IMG/VR virus record: IMGVR_UViG_3300021091_004136
Span: 1 to 52,632 of that record
Direction: 5' to 3' (one strand)
Origin: a virus
Taxonomy: Duplodnaviria > Caudoviricetes
Length of the DNA: 52,632 bases
The notes under the pieces are model-generated. The model had not been told where the DNA came from, did no database searches, and saw only the letters and a list, made by a program, of their open reading frames with translations. Below are positions 8,739-18,716 of the stretch, piece by piece; within the stretch, counting starts at the first letter, position 1; each line of letters starts with the position of its first letter. Position numbers and translations under genes: made by a program.

Positions 8739-11233
8739 AAAATAAATTAGTAAATTATTTACTACTGTTTATAGCAATATTACCAGGTTTTGTTTTAGCA
8801 CAAGTAGTTAATAATAGCCCAAACACACCCAGTGGCTACAGCATTGATGCAGTCACTGGTAATCTTGTACAAAATCCTACATTGACTTCTGGTAGTAATT
8901 GGACCGTGTCTGGTATGACAGGATCATATGGTGCTGATGGATATACTTTTGGTTATGTGTCCGGCACCATAGATCAAACAGTGAATTTGAATTCTGTGAA
9001 TTTTGGTTATCAGAATACCAGTGCTGTATTTGCCACAGGTATTGCATATGGATTCAAATACAGATTTCCATGTGCCAATCAAATAGGTTTAACCTGTGAA
9101 ACCGGCACACTACAAGACAACTTAAACACTACTTTTACCTATACCTTACCCAATGGCACGGTGGTCACATCCATTTATCATGATCTTGGAGCTAAAAATG
9201 TCAGTGACGGTAATCCTCCATACAACCCCAATTGGCAACAGCTGGCTGAAACCTATAACTTTGCTGCCAAACCGATCAGCCAATTAGGATCTGCCAAACT
9301 CAGTATTACTGGTATGGACGCAGGATTTTGGGCTTGCAATCCTGACTGTTATGGTCCACAGGTCAAAGATGCTTATGTCAAAGTCAATTACAGTGTAGAT
9401 CCTTGTATACTGAATCCTGCATATAGTGTTAATTGTCCTGGTTTTAGCACTGTAATAGAAAATGCTAAAAGTCCTTTGCAATGGAATAATTTTTCTATTC
9501 CTAATTCACTGCCTCACATAGGCGGTGGAATTCAACTACATGGATATAGTTATGGATTTGGATACTTTGCAGGAGAATATTGCACTGCTCAATTTATTAT
9601 ATGTTGGTCAACCAGTACTGCTAATGCAAGAAATGTAACTTTTAATGTAACAAACAGCGCAGGAACTAGCTTATTTTCTGATAATTGGTATGTATCCGGT
9701 GATAACACTGGAGGTTCAAGAAAGGGACGATTTTTATTTACAGAATCTAGAAATAGCTTAACAATGGGCAACGTTTCTTGGAGCGTATACGGAGGATATG
9801 GCGATAACATGGGGTTTTCAGGTTATGTAAGACCTATTTGGTCTCCAGATCCTTGCCATAAAAATCCACTGTATAATAAAAATTGTAGTAATTATAATGC
9901 TGAAATTAAACGATTAGCTGATTTAGAAAATGATAAGCAAGAAAAAATTAGGGCGTCTATAATATCTTCAATAACTACAATCACAACTACACCAAATTCA
10001 ACTATAGAAACTACTATTGAAAATCCACATACAAAAGATACTAAAATTTCCGTTGCTACAGAGCAAACAGCAGATAAACTGTTACTTTATGATCAACACC
10101 CTTCTAAAGATAAGTTAGATGAAAAATCAAATATATCTAATATAACTGAACTAGCACTTGGCTTAATTAGTCAAAATCAACAACGAGAAAATATTATAGC
10201 AACTCAGGCAAGTGAAATTGCACAACAAACAGCAGTAGCTGCTGCTAGTGCAAGTATATTGCAAGCAGAAAATATAGCTATAGAAGCTGTTACCAACAGT
10301 CAAAGCATTACGCAACAACAAGAACAACAATTAATTTTAGAAAATGTTGGAACTAGTATTAAATCAGATACGAATTTAAATATTGTACCGGTTCCAGGCA
10401 GTACTAGTGTAGTTAATCAAACAATTCAACAGAAAAATATACAAAGTCAAATAGCGGCCGATACTGTATCTCAAATAACTAATACTAGTAGTACTAGTAC
10501 TATAGTACAATTTAATGCTATGTCAGAAACCGTTATGCAACGTCAAATAATACCTGATATTGTACCTCAAACAACTAATACTAGTAGTACTAGTACTATA
10601 GTACAATTTAATGCTATGTCAGAAGCTGTTATACAAGCTGTACAACAGTTTAATATTTTGCAGCCTCCAATGTTTTCTCAAGTAACACCAGTTGTTGTAG
10701 CACCTTATCAATCACCAGTTATACAGGGTGCATCTGAAACCAAACAATTTGAAGTTTTTCAACCAAATCAACAAGCTAGTGCAGTTAGTATATCAAGAGA
10801 TATATTACAAGTACCTCAGCAACATGTAAACATAGATCAAAAATCAACTATACAATCTATTATTATTGCACCACTAATTACAGTAGATATTCCTATACAA
10901 CAAGCTAATATTACTACAGATAGAACAAATCCTATAAATGACATTATAGAAAATAAACAGCTAATCATTGAACAAGAAAATAAAGATAATAATATACAAC
11001 AAGTAAAATCTAATGTTCAAGATAATGATGCAGCTGCAGGAGTTTCTATTACTAATATAGCTAGAACTCCGGTAGGTTTTAATACTTATATGATAGCTTT
11101 AAGTGATGCAAATTTTTATGCATCTAAAGAAATTTATCGTAATCAAAAAACAGTAGATAATGTTAGAGCATTAAGGCAGTTAGCAAGTGATAAGCTTCAT
11201 CAGGAAATGGTAGATCAGCAATATAGGAAATAA
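8735..11233 (+). CDS. Large exported protein: beta-rich N-terminal domains with DPC..NP.Y...C motifs and a Gln/Thr-rich C-terminal stalk
   Basis: Signal peptide; DPCILNPAYSVNCP and DPCHKNPLYNKNC motifs; low-complexity C-terminal half. Confidence 0.75.
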   Translation: MKNKLVNYLLLFIAILPGFVLAQVVNNSPNTPSGYSIDAVTGNLVQNPTLTSGSNWTVSGMTGSYGADGYTFGYVSGTIDQTVNLNSVNFGYQNTSAVFATGIAYGFKYRFPCANQIGLTCETGTLQDNLNTTFTYTLPNGTVVTSIYHDLGAKNVSDGNPPYNPNWQQLAETYNFAAKPISQLGSAKLSITGMDAGFWACNPDCYGPQVKDAYVKVNYSVDPCILNPAYSVNCPGFSTVIENAKSPLQWNNFSIPNSLPHIGGGIQLHGYSYGFGYFAGEYCTAQFIICWSTSTANARNVTFNVTNSAGTSLFSDNWYVSGDNTGGSRKGRFLFTESRNSLTMGNVSWSVYGGYGDNMGFSGYVRPIWSPDPCHKNPLYNKNCSNYNAEIKRLADLENDKQEKIRASIISSITTITTTPNSTIETTIENPHTKDTKISVATEQTADKLLLYDQHPSKDKLDEKSNISNITELALGLISQNQQRENIIATQASEIAQQTAVAAASASILQAENIAIEAVTNSQSITQQQEQQLILENVGTSIKSDTNLNIVPVPGSTSVVNQTIQQKNIQSQIAADTVSQITNTSSTSTIVQFNAMSETVMQRQIIPDIVPQTTNTSSTSTIVQFNAMSEAVIQAVQQFNILQPPMFSQVTPVVVAPYQSPVIQGASETKQFEVFQPNQQASAVSISRDILQVPQQHVNIDQKSTIQSIIIAPLITVDIPIQQANITTDRTNPINDIIENKQLIIEQENKDNNIQQVKSNVQDNDAAAGVSITNIARTPVGFNTYMIALSDANFYASKEIYRNQKTVDNVRALRQLASDKLHQEMVDQQYRK
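10470..10636 (+). repeat. Intragenic direct repeat, ~70-bp core at 96-bp period
   Basis: actaatactagtagtactagtactatagtacaatttaatgctatgtcagaa occurs twice (TNTSSTSTIVQFNAMSE). Confidence 0.85.
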
Positions 11234-11329
11234 TTTATATTAATAATACAAATTATTTAGCGTTACTACATATTGTATTATTTATATTAAGCTTGTTTGT
11301 AATAGCAATGTCCATCTAGGATTAAAAAC

Positions 11330-11569
11330 ATGAAACTACACTATAATCATATTTCTGAACTAATTTCTGATGCTATGATGCGAGTTATAGAATTATGTTA
11401 TAATCAAAATGTAACTACAACTTGGAAAGATATTTATTTATTCTTAAATGTTCCTGAATCAATTTGGAAAGATGAAATTGATTTAGATGAAAAAATAATA
11501 ATTCAAAATGAAGAAGAACTAAAATTAATGCGTGATTTATTATCCAGTAGATTTGCTACTAAACATTAA
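11330..11569 (+). CDS. Hypothetical protein (very AT-rich)
   Basis: 79-aa ORF with AGGA RBS. Confidence 0.55.
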   Translation: MKLHYNHISELISDAMMRVIELCYNQNVTTTWKDIYLFLNVPESIWKDEIDLDEKIIIQNEEELKLMRDLLSSRFATKH

Positions 11570-11579
11570 AGGAAGCAAA

Positions 11580-12233
11580 ATGACTGAAGAAATTAAAGAT
11601 GTTAATAAGAAGATAGATGAAGCTGAGGCCGCAGTTAAAAAATATGCTAGCAAAGATACTGTTATTAGTATTGGAGGCTATGAATTTACTCCGGCAAAAT
11701 TAATGGTAGCAGCTACATTAATCAGTAGTACGTTGGGTGGATTATATGGTGTCTTTGAAGTATATAAAGACTACATAGGCATGAAGAAAAAGATTGCTGA
11801 ATATATTAGTCCAGATTTTAGCGAGTTTGATAAACGATTAGCAGTAATAGAAGAAAATATTACTAAAACAAGCAAGGCTGTACAAGAAGGCAGTGATAAA
11901 ACTGCAGAATACACTCGTGATATTAAAAATGATTTGAAGAGTGATATACGCAGATTAGAAAAAGTTGTTGAAAGTGTTGAAACTAGTAACAAAATACAAC
12001 AACGTGAGATAGATAAAACTGTGCAAGAAATTAAAATTGAAGTGCGTAGTATACAAAAGTCAGCTGATCAGTCACTTAATGCTGCTACTAAAGAAATGAA
12101 TAAAATGAGTGCTGATAATGCTAAGGCTATTGCTGCCAATAATCGTGAAGTGGATGCTAAACTTAAAGCTCTTGATCGTAAGATAGCCGAGGACTTAAAG
12201 AAAGCTCTAGATAACCCATTGGCTAATAAATAA
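11580..12233 (+). CDS. Membrane-anchored coiled-coil protein
   Basis: Start moved to ATG 11580 (AAGGA RBS); one TM segment followed by a long heptad region. Confidence 0.75.
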   Translation: MTEEIKDVNKKIDEAEAAVKKYASKDTVISIGGYEFTPAKLMVAATLISSTLGGLYGVFEVYKDYIGMKKKIAEYISPDFSEFDKRLAVIEENITKTSKAVQEGSDKTAEYTRDIKNDLKSDIRRLEKVVESVETSNKIQQREIDKTVQEIKIEVRSIQKSADQSLNAATKEMNKMSADNAKAIAANNREVDAKLKALDRKIAEDLKKALDNPLANK

Positions 12234-12242
12234 GGATGCAGC

Positions 12243-12770
12243 ATGAGTGATACACTAGAACCTAAACCGCTAACTCGTAGTGAAAAAGAAGCTAAAATCA
12301 AAGACAAAGCAGGATTTGTTATTGTATTTTTAGCTGCACTACTAGCTATAAACACAATGATTGGTGGGTCGAATAGTAGCAAAATACAAAATAATACTAT
12401 TCAAGCTAACAATATGTGGGCGTGGTATCAAGCTAAAAATGTACGTGGAGTACTATACGAGATTAGTGCTGCAGAGGCTAATAAACCAGAAAATAAGGAA
12501 AAGTTTTTAGCTGAAGCTAAGCGTATGAGCGATGACAAAAAAGACATTATGGAAAAAGCTAAAGCACTAGAGTTGGAGCGTGATGAAGCTAAAAAGCGCA
12601 GTCCTTGGTTTACCTGGGGCGGAAGTATACTACAAATTAGCATTGTTTTACTAACAGCAAGTATATTAGCAGCTAGTATGTCTATGTTTTATGTAAGTAC
12701 TGTGGTTGGTGTAGCTGGTGCATTAATAGTTACGCAGGCACTATGGATGTGGTTGCCATGGTTAGGATAG
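12243..12770 (+). CDS. DUF4337-like membrane protein
   Basis: TM helix, ANNMWAWYQAKNVR motif, coiled coil, then LQISIVL..AS with two TM helices. Confidence 0.75.
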   Translation: MSDTLEPKPLTRSEKEAKIKDKAGFVIVFLAALLAINTMIGGSNSSKIQNNTIQANNMWAWYQAKNVRGVLYEISAAEANKPENKEKFLAEAKRMSDDKKDIMEKAKALELERDEAKKRSPWFTWGGSILQISIVLLTASILAASMSMFYVSTVVGVAGALIVTQALWMWLPWLG

Positions 12771-12976
12771 CACTGCTAACCTTACTCTTAGCTAGTTGCA
12801 GTGACATTTACAGGTATCCATGTCAAAATCCAGATAATTGGGAGCACAAGGTTTGTAAAAAACCTTATTGTAGTGCAAACGGTACCTGTCCAGAAGATTT
12901 AACACCCTATGAACGAACACAATTAGTAGCTGGTAGTAAATATCCTGCTCAAGCATCAGCAAAGGATTGCAAATGA
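12758..12976 (+). CDS. Small Cys-rich lipoprotein
   Basis: Lipobox LLLAS-C; YRYPCQNPDNW...C..PYC...GTCP. Confidence 0.7.
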   Translation: MVRIALLTLLLASCSDIYRYPCQNPDNWEHKVCKKPYCSANGTCPEDLTPYERTQLVAGSKYPAQASAKDCK

Positions 12977-13419
12977 TTAAAGACTTATGGTCAGGTCCAC
13001 GTTATACCGAAGACGAATTAATGGCTAGGCTGAAATTTTTTATAGGTATGGTACTAGCATTAACACTATTCGGTATCGTATTTGTAGTTCTTTACAGCTT
13101 AATATTCGTAACACAGCCAATGAACGGTATTAGTCCTGTAGATAACAAGTTTTTTGAATTGATTATTCCTATTGCTACTTTCTTAACAGGTACTCTTAGC
13201 GGTATTATGTTAGCCAGTGGTGATAAGGAGGCTCAAAAAGTAGCACTACAAGCTGCAAACAAAGGTTGGGATAAGCCACCAAGCCCACCACCTATGCCAA
13301 CTGTTACTCTAGGTAATAATGGTAGTATAAGCATAGCACCATCAACTGGTGGCAATCAAGTAACTGTTGGGTTTGGCGGTAAAGCCGCACCACCACAACA
13401 ACCATTTCCAGAACTATAA
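12973..13419 (+). CDS. Two-TM membrane protein with Pro-rich tail (holin-like topology)
   Basis: Two hydrophobic helices; function not determinable from sequence. Confidence 0.6.
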   Translation: MIKDLWSGPRYTEDELMARLKFFIGMVLALTLFGIVFVVLYSLIFVTQPMNGISPVDNKFFELIIPIATFLTGTLSGIMLASGDKEAQKVALQAANKGWDKPPSPPPMPTVTLGNNGSISIAPSTGGNQVTVGFGGKAAPPQQPFPEL

Positions 13420-13430
13420 TAGGAAATTTT

Positions 13431-13730
13431 ATGACTAAAATTTTATTAGCCCTTGTAGCTTCACTATTAATACAACCAGCACTAGCGTCGGATTCATCAA
13501 AAAAGGAAGAAAAAGCACCAGCTAAAACTGAAGCTAAAAAAGACGATCCAACAAAGAAAGAACAAAAAGCTCCGGCTAAAAAGGAAGATATTAAAAAAGA
13601 ACGTGCTTGTATTGATAAAGTTAAAGATGGCAAACCTGTTATTGGCAAAGATGGCAAGCCGGAACAGATTTGTAAAGACGTTAAAGTACATGAAAAATTA
13701 GAAGGACATAAAGTACCTGATAAGAAATAA
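13431..13730 (+). CDS. Small exported Lys-rich protein with a Cys pair
   Basis: Signal peptide ending ALA; C...KDGKP...KDGKP...C. Confidence 0.65.
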   Translation: MTKILLALVASLLIQPALASDSSKKEEKAPAKTEAKKDDPTKKEQKAPAKKEDIKKERACIDKVKDGKPVIGKDGKPEQICKDVKVHEKLEGHKVPDKK

Positions 13731-13751
13731 CTTTAACTACTAGGAATATAC

Positions 13752-14435
13752 ATGGCTAAAAGCAGTGCTAAGAAGTTACGTAGTGTTCAACTTAATAATG
13801 TTGTTCCATTAAATATAAGTTTTAAAAATATAAAACCACTTAATTATATTCAAGAAAATTATTTAACAGCTATACATAAAAATAGTGTAATTTTTGGCAT
13901 AGGTAGTGCAGGTACTGGCAAAACATATATTGCAGCAACATATGCTGCCAGTGAATTATTTTATCGTCGCATCAAAAAGATTATACTAACTAGACCAAAT
14001 ATAGAAACTGGACGAGGATTAGGATTTTTGCCTGGTACACTAGACGAAAAATATGCTCCCTACCTAGAACCATTTGATTATATTTTTTCTGATAGTCTAG
14101 GACGAGGATTCTATGAGTATGCGCTTAGTAAAAAACAAATAGAACCTAAACCGTTAGGATTTATGCGTGGATTAACTTTTGATGACTGTATAGTCTTATT
14201 AGACGAGGCACAAAATGCGACTAGAGATGAGATAAAAATGATCTTGTCACGCGTTGGTAAAAACTGTAAAATAATAATTAGCGGAGATCACGAACAAAGT
14301 GATATTAACAACAGCGGACTACTAGATGCCAGCATTAGATTAAGTAATATCGAAGGTATTGAAACGATTAAATTCAGAGATGAAGATATTGTACGTAGCA
14401 ACTTATGTAAACAAATAATTTTAGCATATAAATAA
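13752..14435 (+). CDS. phoH: PhoH family ATPase
   Basis: GSAGTGKT Walker A; LGFLPGTLDEK, FMRGLTF, LDEAQN and GDHEQSD motifs. Confidence 0.95.
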   Translation: MAKSSAKKLRSVQLNNVVPLNISFKNIKPLNYIQENYLTAIHKNSVIFGIGSAGTGKTYIAATYAASELFYRRIKKIILTRPNIETGRGLGFLPGTLDEKYAPYLEPFDYIFSDSLGRGFYEYALSKKQIEPKPLGFMRGLTFDDCIVLLDEAQNATRDEIKMILSRVGKNCKIIISGDHEQSDINNSGLLDASIRLSNIEGIETIKFRDEDIVRSNLCKQIILAYK

Positions 14436-14520
14436 TAATACTAGCTATAAAAACTGTTATGTATGCTGTAAATAAACTCTGGTTTTTAAATGACAATTGT
14501 ATAAAATAATAGGAATTATC

Positions 14521-15159
14521 ATGGCCAAAACGTATAAACCAACAAGTGGTATGGCTAGTGCTGCCAAAAGAGCACTAAAATGGAAAAGCGAAGGAAAAGC
14601 TGGCGGCACACTTGTTGGTTTAGCTAGAGCCAATCAACTAAAAGATCGCGATCCACTATCGGCAAGTGTAGTACTACGCATGTACAGCTTCTTTAGTCGT
14701 CATGAAGTAGATAAGAAAGCTAGTGGTTTTTATAGTGGACAAGAAGGATTTCCTAGTAAAGGTCGTGTAGCTTGGGATTTATGGGGTGGTGATGGTGGAT
14801 ATAGTTGGAGTACTGCTAAACGTAATCAGATTATGCGTGAGCGTGAAGGCAAAGCACTTCAATTAGTTCGTATAGCTCAAAAAGGCATGATTAGTAAACC
14901 ACTACGTATTATGGCAGCACAATTAATAGAAAATTATGCCAACCAAAACATTAGTGAAGACCTAGAAGCTTTTGGTCAATTTATGTATCATGCAGAATTA
15001 TTACGAAATGACCATTTAGACATATACTTACTAGATCTGTGTAAAGTAGACCAACCTTATCGTGATATACTTGTAGAAGTATTTAGTCAGCTAGATGATA
15101 TGCACGATGGTGATAATACAGTAGATGATGAAGATAGTTATAGTGATACGCCACTATAA
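14521..15159 (+). CDS. Conserved phage hypothetical protein
   Basis: ATG 14521 with AGGA RBS; RMYSFFSRHE...GRVAWDLWGGDGG domain of a type seen in aquatic phages. Confidence 0.7.
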   Translation: MAKTYKPTSGMASAAKRALKWKSEGKAGGTLVGLARANQLKDRDPLSASVVLRMYSFFSRHEVDKKASGFYSGQEGFPSKGRVAWDLWGGDGGYSWSTAKRNQIMREREGKALQLVRIAQKGMISKPLRIMAAQLIENYANQNISEDLEAFGQFMYHAELLRNDHLDIYLLDLCKVDQPYRDILVEVFSQLDDMHDGDNTVDDEDSYSDTPL

Positions 15160-15163
15160 AAAT

Positions 15164-15192
15164 AAAAAAGCCCGCTAATGCGGGCTTTTTTT
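15164..15192. terminator. Bidirectional intrinsic terminator at the convergence of the two gene blocks
   Basis: AAAAAAGCCCGC-TAAT-GCGGGCTTTTTTT. Confidence 0.9.
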
Positions 15193-15370
15193 ACTTAACA
15201 ACTTCTAAAGTAGGAGTTTCGTTTTCTGATTTTGGCAATTGGGGTTGAGCCTGTTGCTGAATCTTAGCTGTAAGTGGATTAGCTACTTTAGCTGGCATTT
15301 CTTGTAATGCCATAAGTATAGTATTTGCTTCTTGTACTGTAAATGTAAATGTAAGTTCTGTGTTTTCCAT
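15191..15370 (-). CDS. Hypothetical protein, 59 aa (not in ORF track)
   Basis: MENTELTFTFTVQEANTILMALQEMPAKVANPLTAKIQQQAQPQ...VVK*; fills the gap between the RNR gene and the terminator. Confidence 0.75.
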   Translation of the reverse strand: MENTELTFTFTVQEANTILMALQEMPAKVANPLTAKIQQQAQPQLPKSENETPTLEVVK

Positions 15371-15371
15371 A

Positions 15372-17336
15372 TTATTTTATTGGGCAAGCTCCTGTTGTAC
15401 AATCCTCACTAACAATTTCATTGAAGCTGTTAGCACTTTCTAAATTTACTGATTTTAGGTTAAAAACATAATCTTTGTAGGTTTGCTCATCAACAACTTC
15501 TTGTGGAAGATATAAGTAGCCTAAATCTTTAGCTGTTTTAGTAGGGTCTGTTCTATAAATAAAACTTACGCCTACATAGCAATCCCAATTATTAAATAAC
15601 CAATCAACAATCTCATTAACTTCAGTAACATCGTAACTGATTGTTACTGATGTATTTTGCTGTGTCCAACTAGTTTGTAATAATTTATATCTGTCTAGCT
15701 GATGTACCGCGCTTTCTAGATTAACTTCTTTGCCAGCTTCTTTGTGAAATGGTACATCTTTCCATTCTACTGGAAAGGTTATTAATACTCCCGTAGGATC
15801 TGTTGGATGATTTATTACTTTATAGCCTGCTTCACGCATTAGTGGAATAACAGGATCATAGGTACTAAACTGCACATTGTTGAAAATATACTTGCCTAGT
15901 GGTTTATGTACGCCCTCGGTACAATCCATAATCTTTGATAGGGTTCCACTAGGCTTAACACAAGTAACATTTTTAGGACGAGGTAATCCTAGTTCATCTG
16001 CCATGCTAATAGCGGCACTGGTTGCTGTACGCTTAAGATATTCATAGTCATAGGTATTCATATCAGGACGCATTGCAATACCTGTTAAACCAACCCCGCA
16101 GAGACGTAGGAAATAGTTGTTAAGGTGCCAAGCTTCTTGTAAGATCCCGTCTTTAAGATTAACACAGGTTTGACGATAATTTGCCCTGGCAGCCAATCTG
16201 ATCGCATCGTGTAGTCCAGCGGTGTCACCTTTAAACTTGGAGATATCCGTTTCTGTAAGGTTGCAGAAGGACTTGTTGCCCAATAGGATTTCGACACATG
16301 GATTTGCTCCTTTATACCACGGAGCACGTCTAAGAGCTTCTTGTTCATTAATAAATCCTGGTTCACTACCACCGGCCTCTTGCATAAGATTAAATATATG
16401 CTTTAGTTCAGCTCGTGTAGGTTTTTCTTTAAATACTAAGCTATTATTACTTTGTTGACGGTGTTCACGGCCATACAACCAAAAGTCTTTTTTAGCTATT
16501 GCAAACTCTTCCCACTCTGGTTGACCATAATCAAAAAGAGCAATTTCAGCGCTTCTACGACTGGATAAAATTGTTCCAAGATGATTAACAATATCAAGAA
16601 TATCCATTCTAGTAAGGAGACTATCTGCTCGACCACTAAGTATATTAGCGATTGCAACATAGGCTTTTGAAATAGCATTGTCACCACTACTAATCCAGCC
16701 ATATCCTTTTAATCTTTCTCCTGCAGGTCTTAGTTGACTATAATCAAGTACAAGTGTATTTGCTGGGTATTTACCAGCAAGTAGTTTACCAATAGATTTA
16801 GCCCAAGCCTCAGCACTGTCTCCTACTTGTATTGTCCAAGTTTTTGTGTTAGCATCCCAAGTTTCAACATTGTGTTCTATACCGCCCTTAGCTGTTCGTT
16901 GACTTTTAATAACTCGAATGTCTTTTATTGGTTTTGAAAATCCATTTAGTGTACCTACAATTGGCTTAAATCCTACACCACAACCTTGTAATAATAACCA
17001 TAAGACATCTACTACATCATACACAGTTTCTACTTGTGTAAAGCTACAATTAAATTGACTGGCTTCACGAGTTTGTGCTACATTTGTACCACCTAACCAC
17101 AATGTACGGCCACTCATCAATACTTTTCTAGACAACATAAGTTGTTCTAGTTCTTCTAGTTCAGCTACTTCATTAAAATATAACTGACGCTCTACACTAC
17201 GTTCCCATAGCCAGTGTTGATGATCACGTACTCGTTTGATTGTTTGTGTCCATGTTTCAAACTCTTTGCCATCATCACTAATAGGCCTATTGTAGGTGCG
17301 TCTAGTAATAACTTGTGCGCGTGTGCTTATTTGCAT
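15372..17336 (-). CDS. nrdJ: Class II (adenosylcobalamin-dependent) ribonucleotide reductase, monomeric RTPR type
   Basis: RTYNRP, GRTLWLGG, FNCSF, ANPCVE, FCNLTE and TCVKPSGTLS motifs; C-terminal CTTGACPIK; no adjacent small-subunit gene. Confidence 0.9.
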   Translation of the reverse strand: MQISTRAQVITRRTYNRPISDDGKEFETWTQTIKRVRDHQHWLWERSVERQLYFNEVAELEELEQLMLSRKVLMSGRTLWLGGTNVAQTREASQFNCSFTQVETVYDVVDVLWLLLQGCGVGFKPIVGTLNGFSKPIKDIRVIKSQRTAKGGIEHNVETWDANTKTWTIQVGDSAEAWAKSIGKLLAGKYPANTLVLDYSQLRPAGERLKGYGWISSGDNAISKAYVAIANILSGRADSLLTRMDILDIVNHLGTILSSRRSAEIALFDYGQPEWEEFAIAKKDFWLYGREHRQQSNNSLVFKEKPTRAELKHIFNLMQEAGGSEPGFINEQEALRRAPWYKGANPCVEILLGNKSFCNLTETDISKFKGDTAGLHDAIRLAARANYRQTCVNLKDGILQEAWHLNNYFLRLCGVGLTGIAMRPDMNTYDYEYLKRTATSAAISMADELGLPRPKNVTCVKPSGTLSKIMDCTEGVHKPLGKYIFNNVQFSTYDPVIPLMREAGYKVINHPTDPTGVLITFPVEWKDVPFHKEAGKEVNLESAVHQLDRYKLLQTSWTQQNTSVTISYDVTEVNEIVDWLFNNWDCYVGVSFIYRTDPTKTAKDLGYLYLPQEVVDEQTYKDYVFNLKSVNLESANSFNEIVSEDCTTGACPIK

Positions 17337-17344
17337 AATTGCTC

Positions 17345-17830
17345 CTATTTTCCTGTGCTACCAAATCCTCCAGTACCACGTTTTGTATCATTCCAGCTGT
17401 CAATAAAATCGCATAATATAACTGGTAAAATAACCAGTTGAGCAATTCTAGCTCCAACCTCTATTGTATATGTATTTTCGCTAATATTTTTTAGTGCAAT
17501 TTTTATGTTTCCGCGATAATCACTGTCAATAACGCCTACACTATTAAGCACAATAATTCCCTTTAGGCCTTGTCCTGATCTGTTAAATACAAACCCTCCG
17601 TAACCCTGTGGAATTTTAATGGCTACACCAGTATCTAAAAGTTTTGTTTCGCCAGGGCAGAGTTCACAACTTTCAGTGCTGCGTAAATCTGCTCCTGCAT
17701 CACTAGGATTAGCGCGTTTTGGTAAATAGGCTATATTATCTACACGACATTCTACTAGTTGTTTAACTACTATATCACGATCGTAATCATAGCTATTGTT
17801 AATATTAAAAAATTCTGTAGTTTCTTTCAT
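17345..17830 (-). CDS. dut: dUTPase (trimeric type)
   Basis: DAGADL, RSG, GVIDSDYRG, RIAQL and RGTGGFGSTG motifs. Confidence 0.96.
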   Translation of the reverse strand: MKETTEFFNINNSYDYDRDIVVKQLVECRVDNIAYLPKRANPSDAGADLRSTESCELCPGETKLLDTGVAIKIPQGYGGFVFNRSGQGLKGIIVLNSVGVIDSDYRGNIKIALKNISENTYTIEVGARIAQLVILPVILCDFIDSWNDTKRGTGGFGSTGK

Positions 17831-18663
17831 TTAATTTTTAGCTCTAGTATTTTATCAATTTTTTCACAGTTTTTACTGCCGATTGCGTCTTTGCAATAGG
17901 TAACAAGATCCATAAGTTGATAGTTAAGTTCTAATTGTTCTCGGTTTTCGTTAAGCGCTTCGATGTATTTGTAGCGACCGTGTAAAGGAATACTATTAAT
18001 AATATCCCAGGTAGTGCCATATTCTTCAACAAGTTGCTGAGCGCGTTTAGGTCCCACACCAGGAATACCAGGGACATTATCACCACTATCACCCATAAGA
18101 CACTTAACTGATATATATTGTTCGGGTTCAAATGCGTAGTAATCGTTCCAGTTATCCCACGTAACTTCTTTTCTAGTAACATAGCTAAATCTTCCTACTC
18201 CTGGTTTGATTAGTAAATCCCAATCTTTATCACTGCTTATTAACCAAATATCATCAAGGAGTAGTTTACGTTTTTTACTTACTACATAAGCAGCAATATC
18301 ATCTGCTTCAACTCCTTGGAACTGTAATACTGGATAATATTGACCAACTAATTCTAGTGCATGGCTAAAATCTTCAAAGAATAGTTCGAACTCTAGTTGT
18401 TCAGCTTCAGTTTGCTGATCATATTTATCTTTACGATTTTGCTTATAAAGCGGATAAATATTCTTACGATAGCTACTTGACCCTTGATCTGCGGCAACAA
18501 TAATCCACTTAGCTTTATAACTCTTTTTTAAGCTTTCAATGGTGCGTAAATAGTCTTCTGCAAAATCTTTAGCTCCACTATGTTTATAGCGAAAAGCAAG
18601 ATTAAGCGCATCAACTATCATCAATGTCTTTTCAGTTGTTTCAAATTGTATAAAAGGTTTCAT
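17827..18663 (-). CDS. D15: 5'-3' exonuclease/flap endonuclease (T5 D15-like)
   Basis: IVDALNLAFR, YKQNR, EADD, SSDKD and GDSGDNVPGIPGVGPK motifs. Confidence 0.93.
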   Translation of the reverse strand: MKPFIQFETTEKTLMIVDALNLAFRYKHSGAKDFAEDYLRTIESLKKSYKAKWIIVAADQGSSSYRKNIYPLYKQNRKDKYDQQTEAEQLEFELFFEDFSHALELVGQYYPVLQFQGVEADDIAAYVVSKKRKLLLDDIWLISSDKDWDLLIKPGVGRFSYVTRKEVTWDNWNDYYAFEPEQYISVKCLMGDSGDNVPGIPGVGPKRAQQLVEEYGTTWDIINSIPLHGRYKYIEALNENREQLELNYQLMDLVTYCKDAIGSKNCEKIDKILELKIK

Positions 18664-18687
18664 ATGATTTTTATAGTGTAATTTATT

Positions 18688-18716
18688 ATTATATCACACA
18701 TGAGTTATTATGTCAA
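18688..18716 (-). promoter_or_regulatory. sigma70-type promoter for D15
   Basis: TTGACA-17 bp-TATAAT (perfect consensus). Confidence 0.85.
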
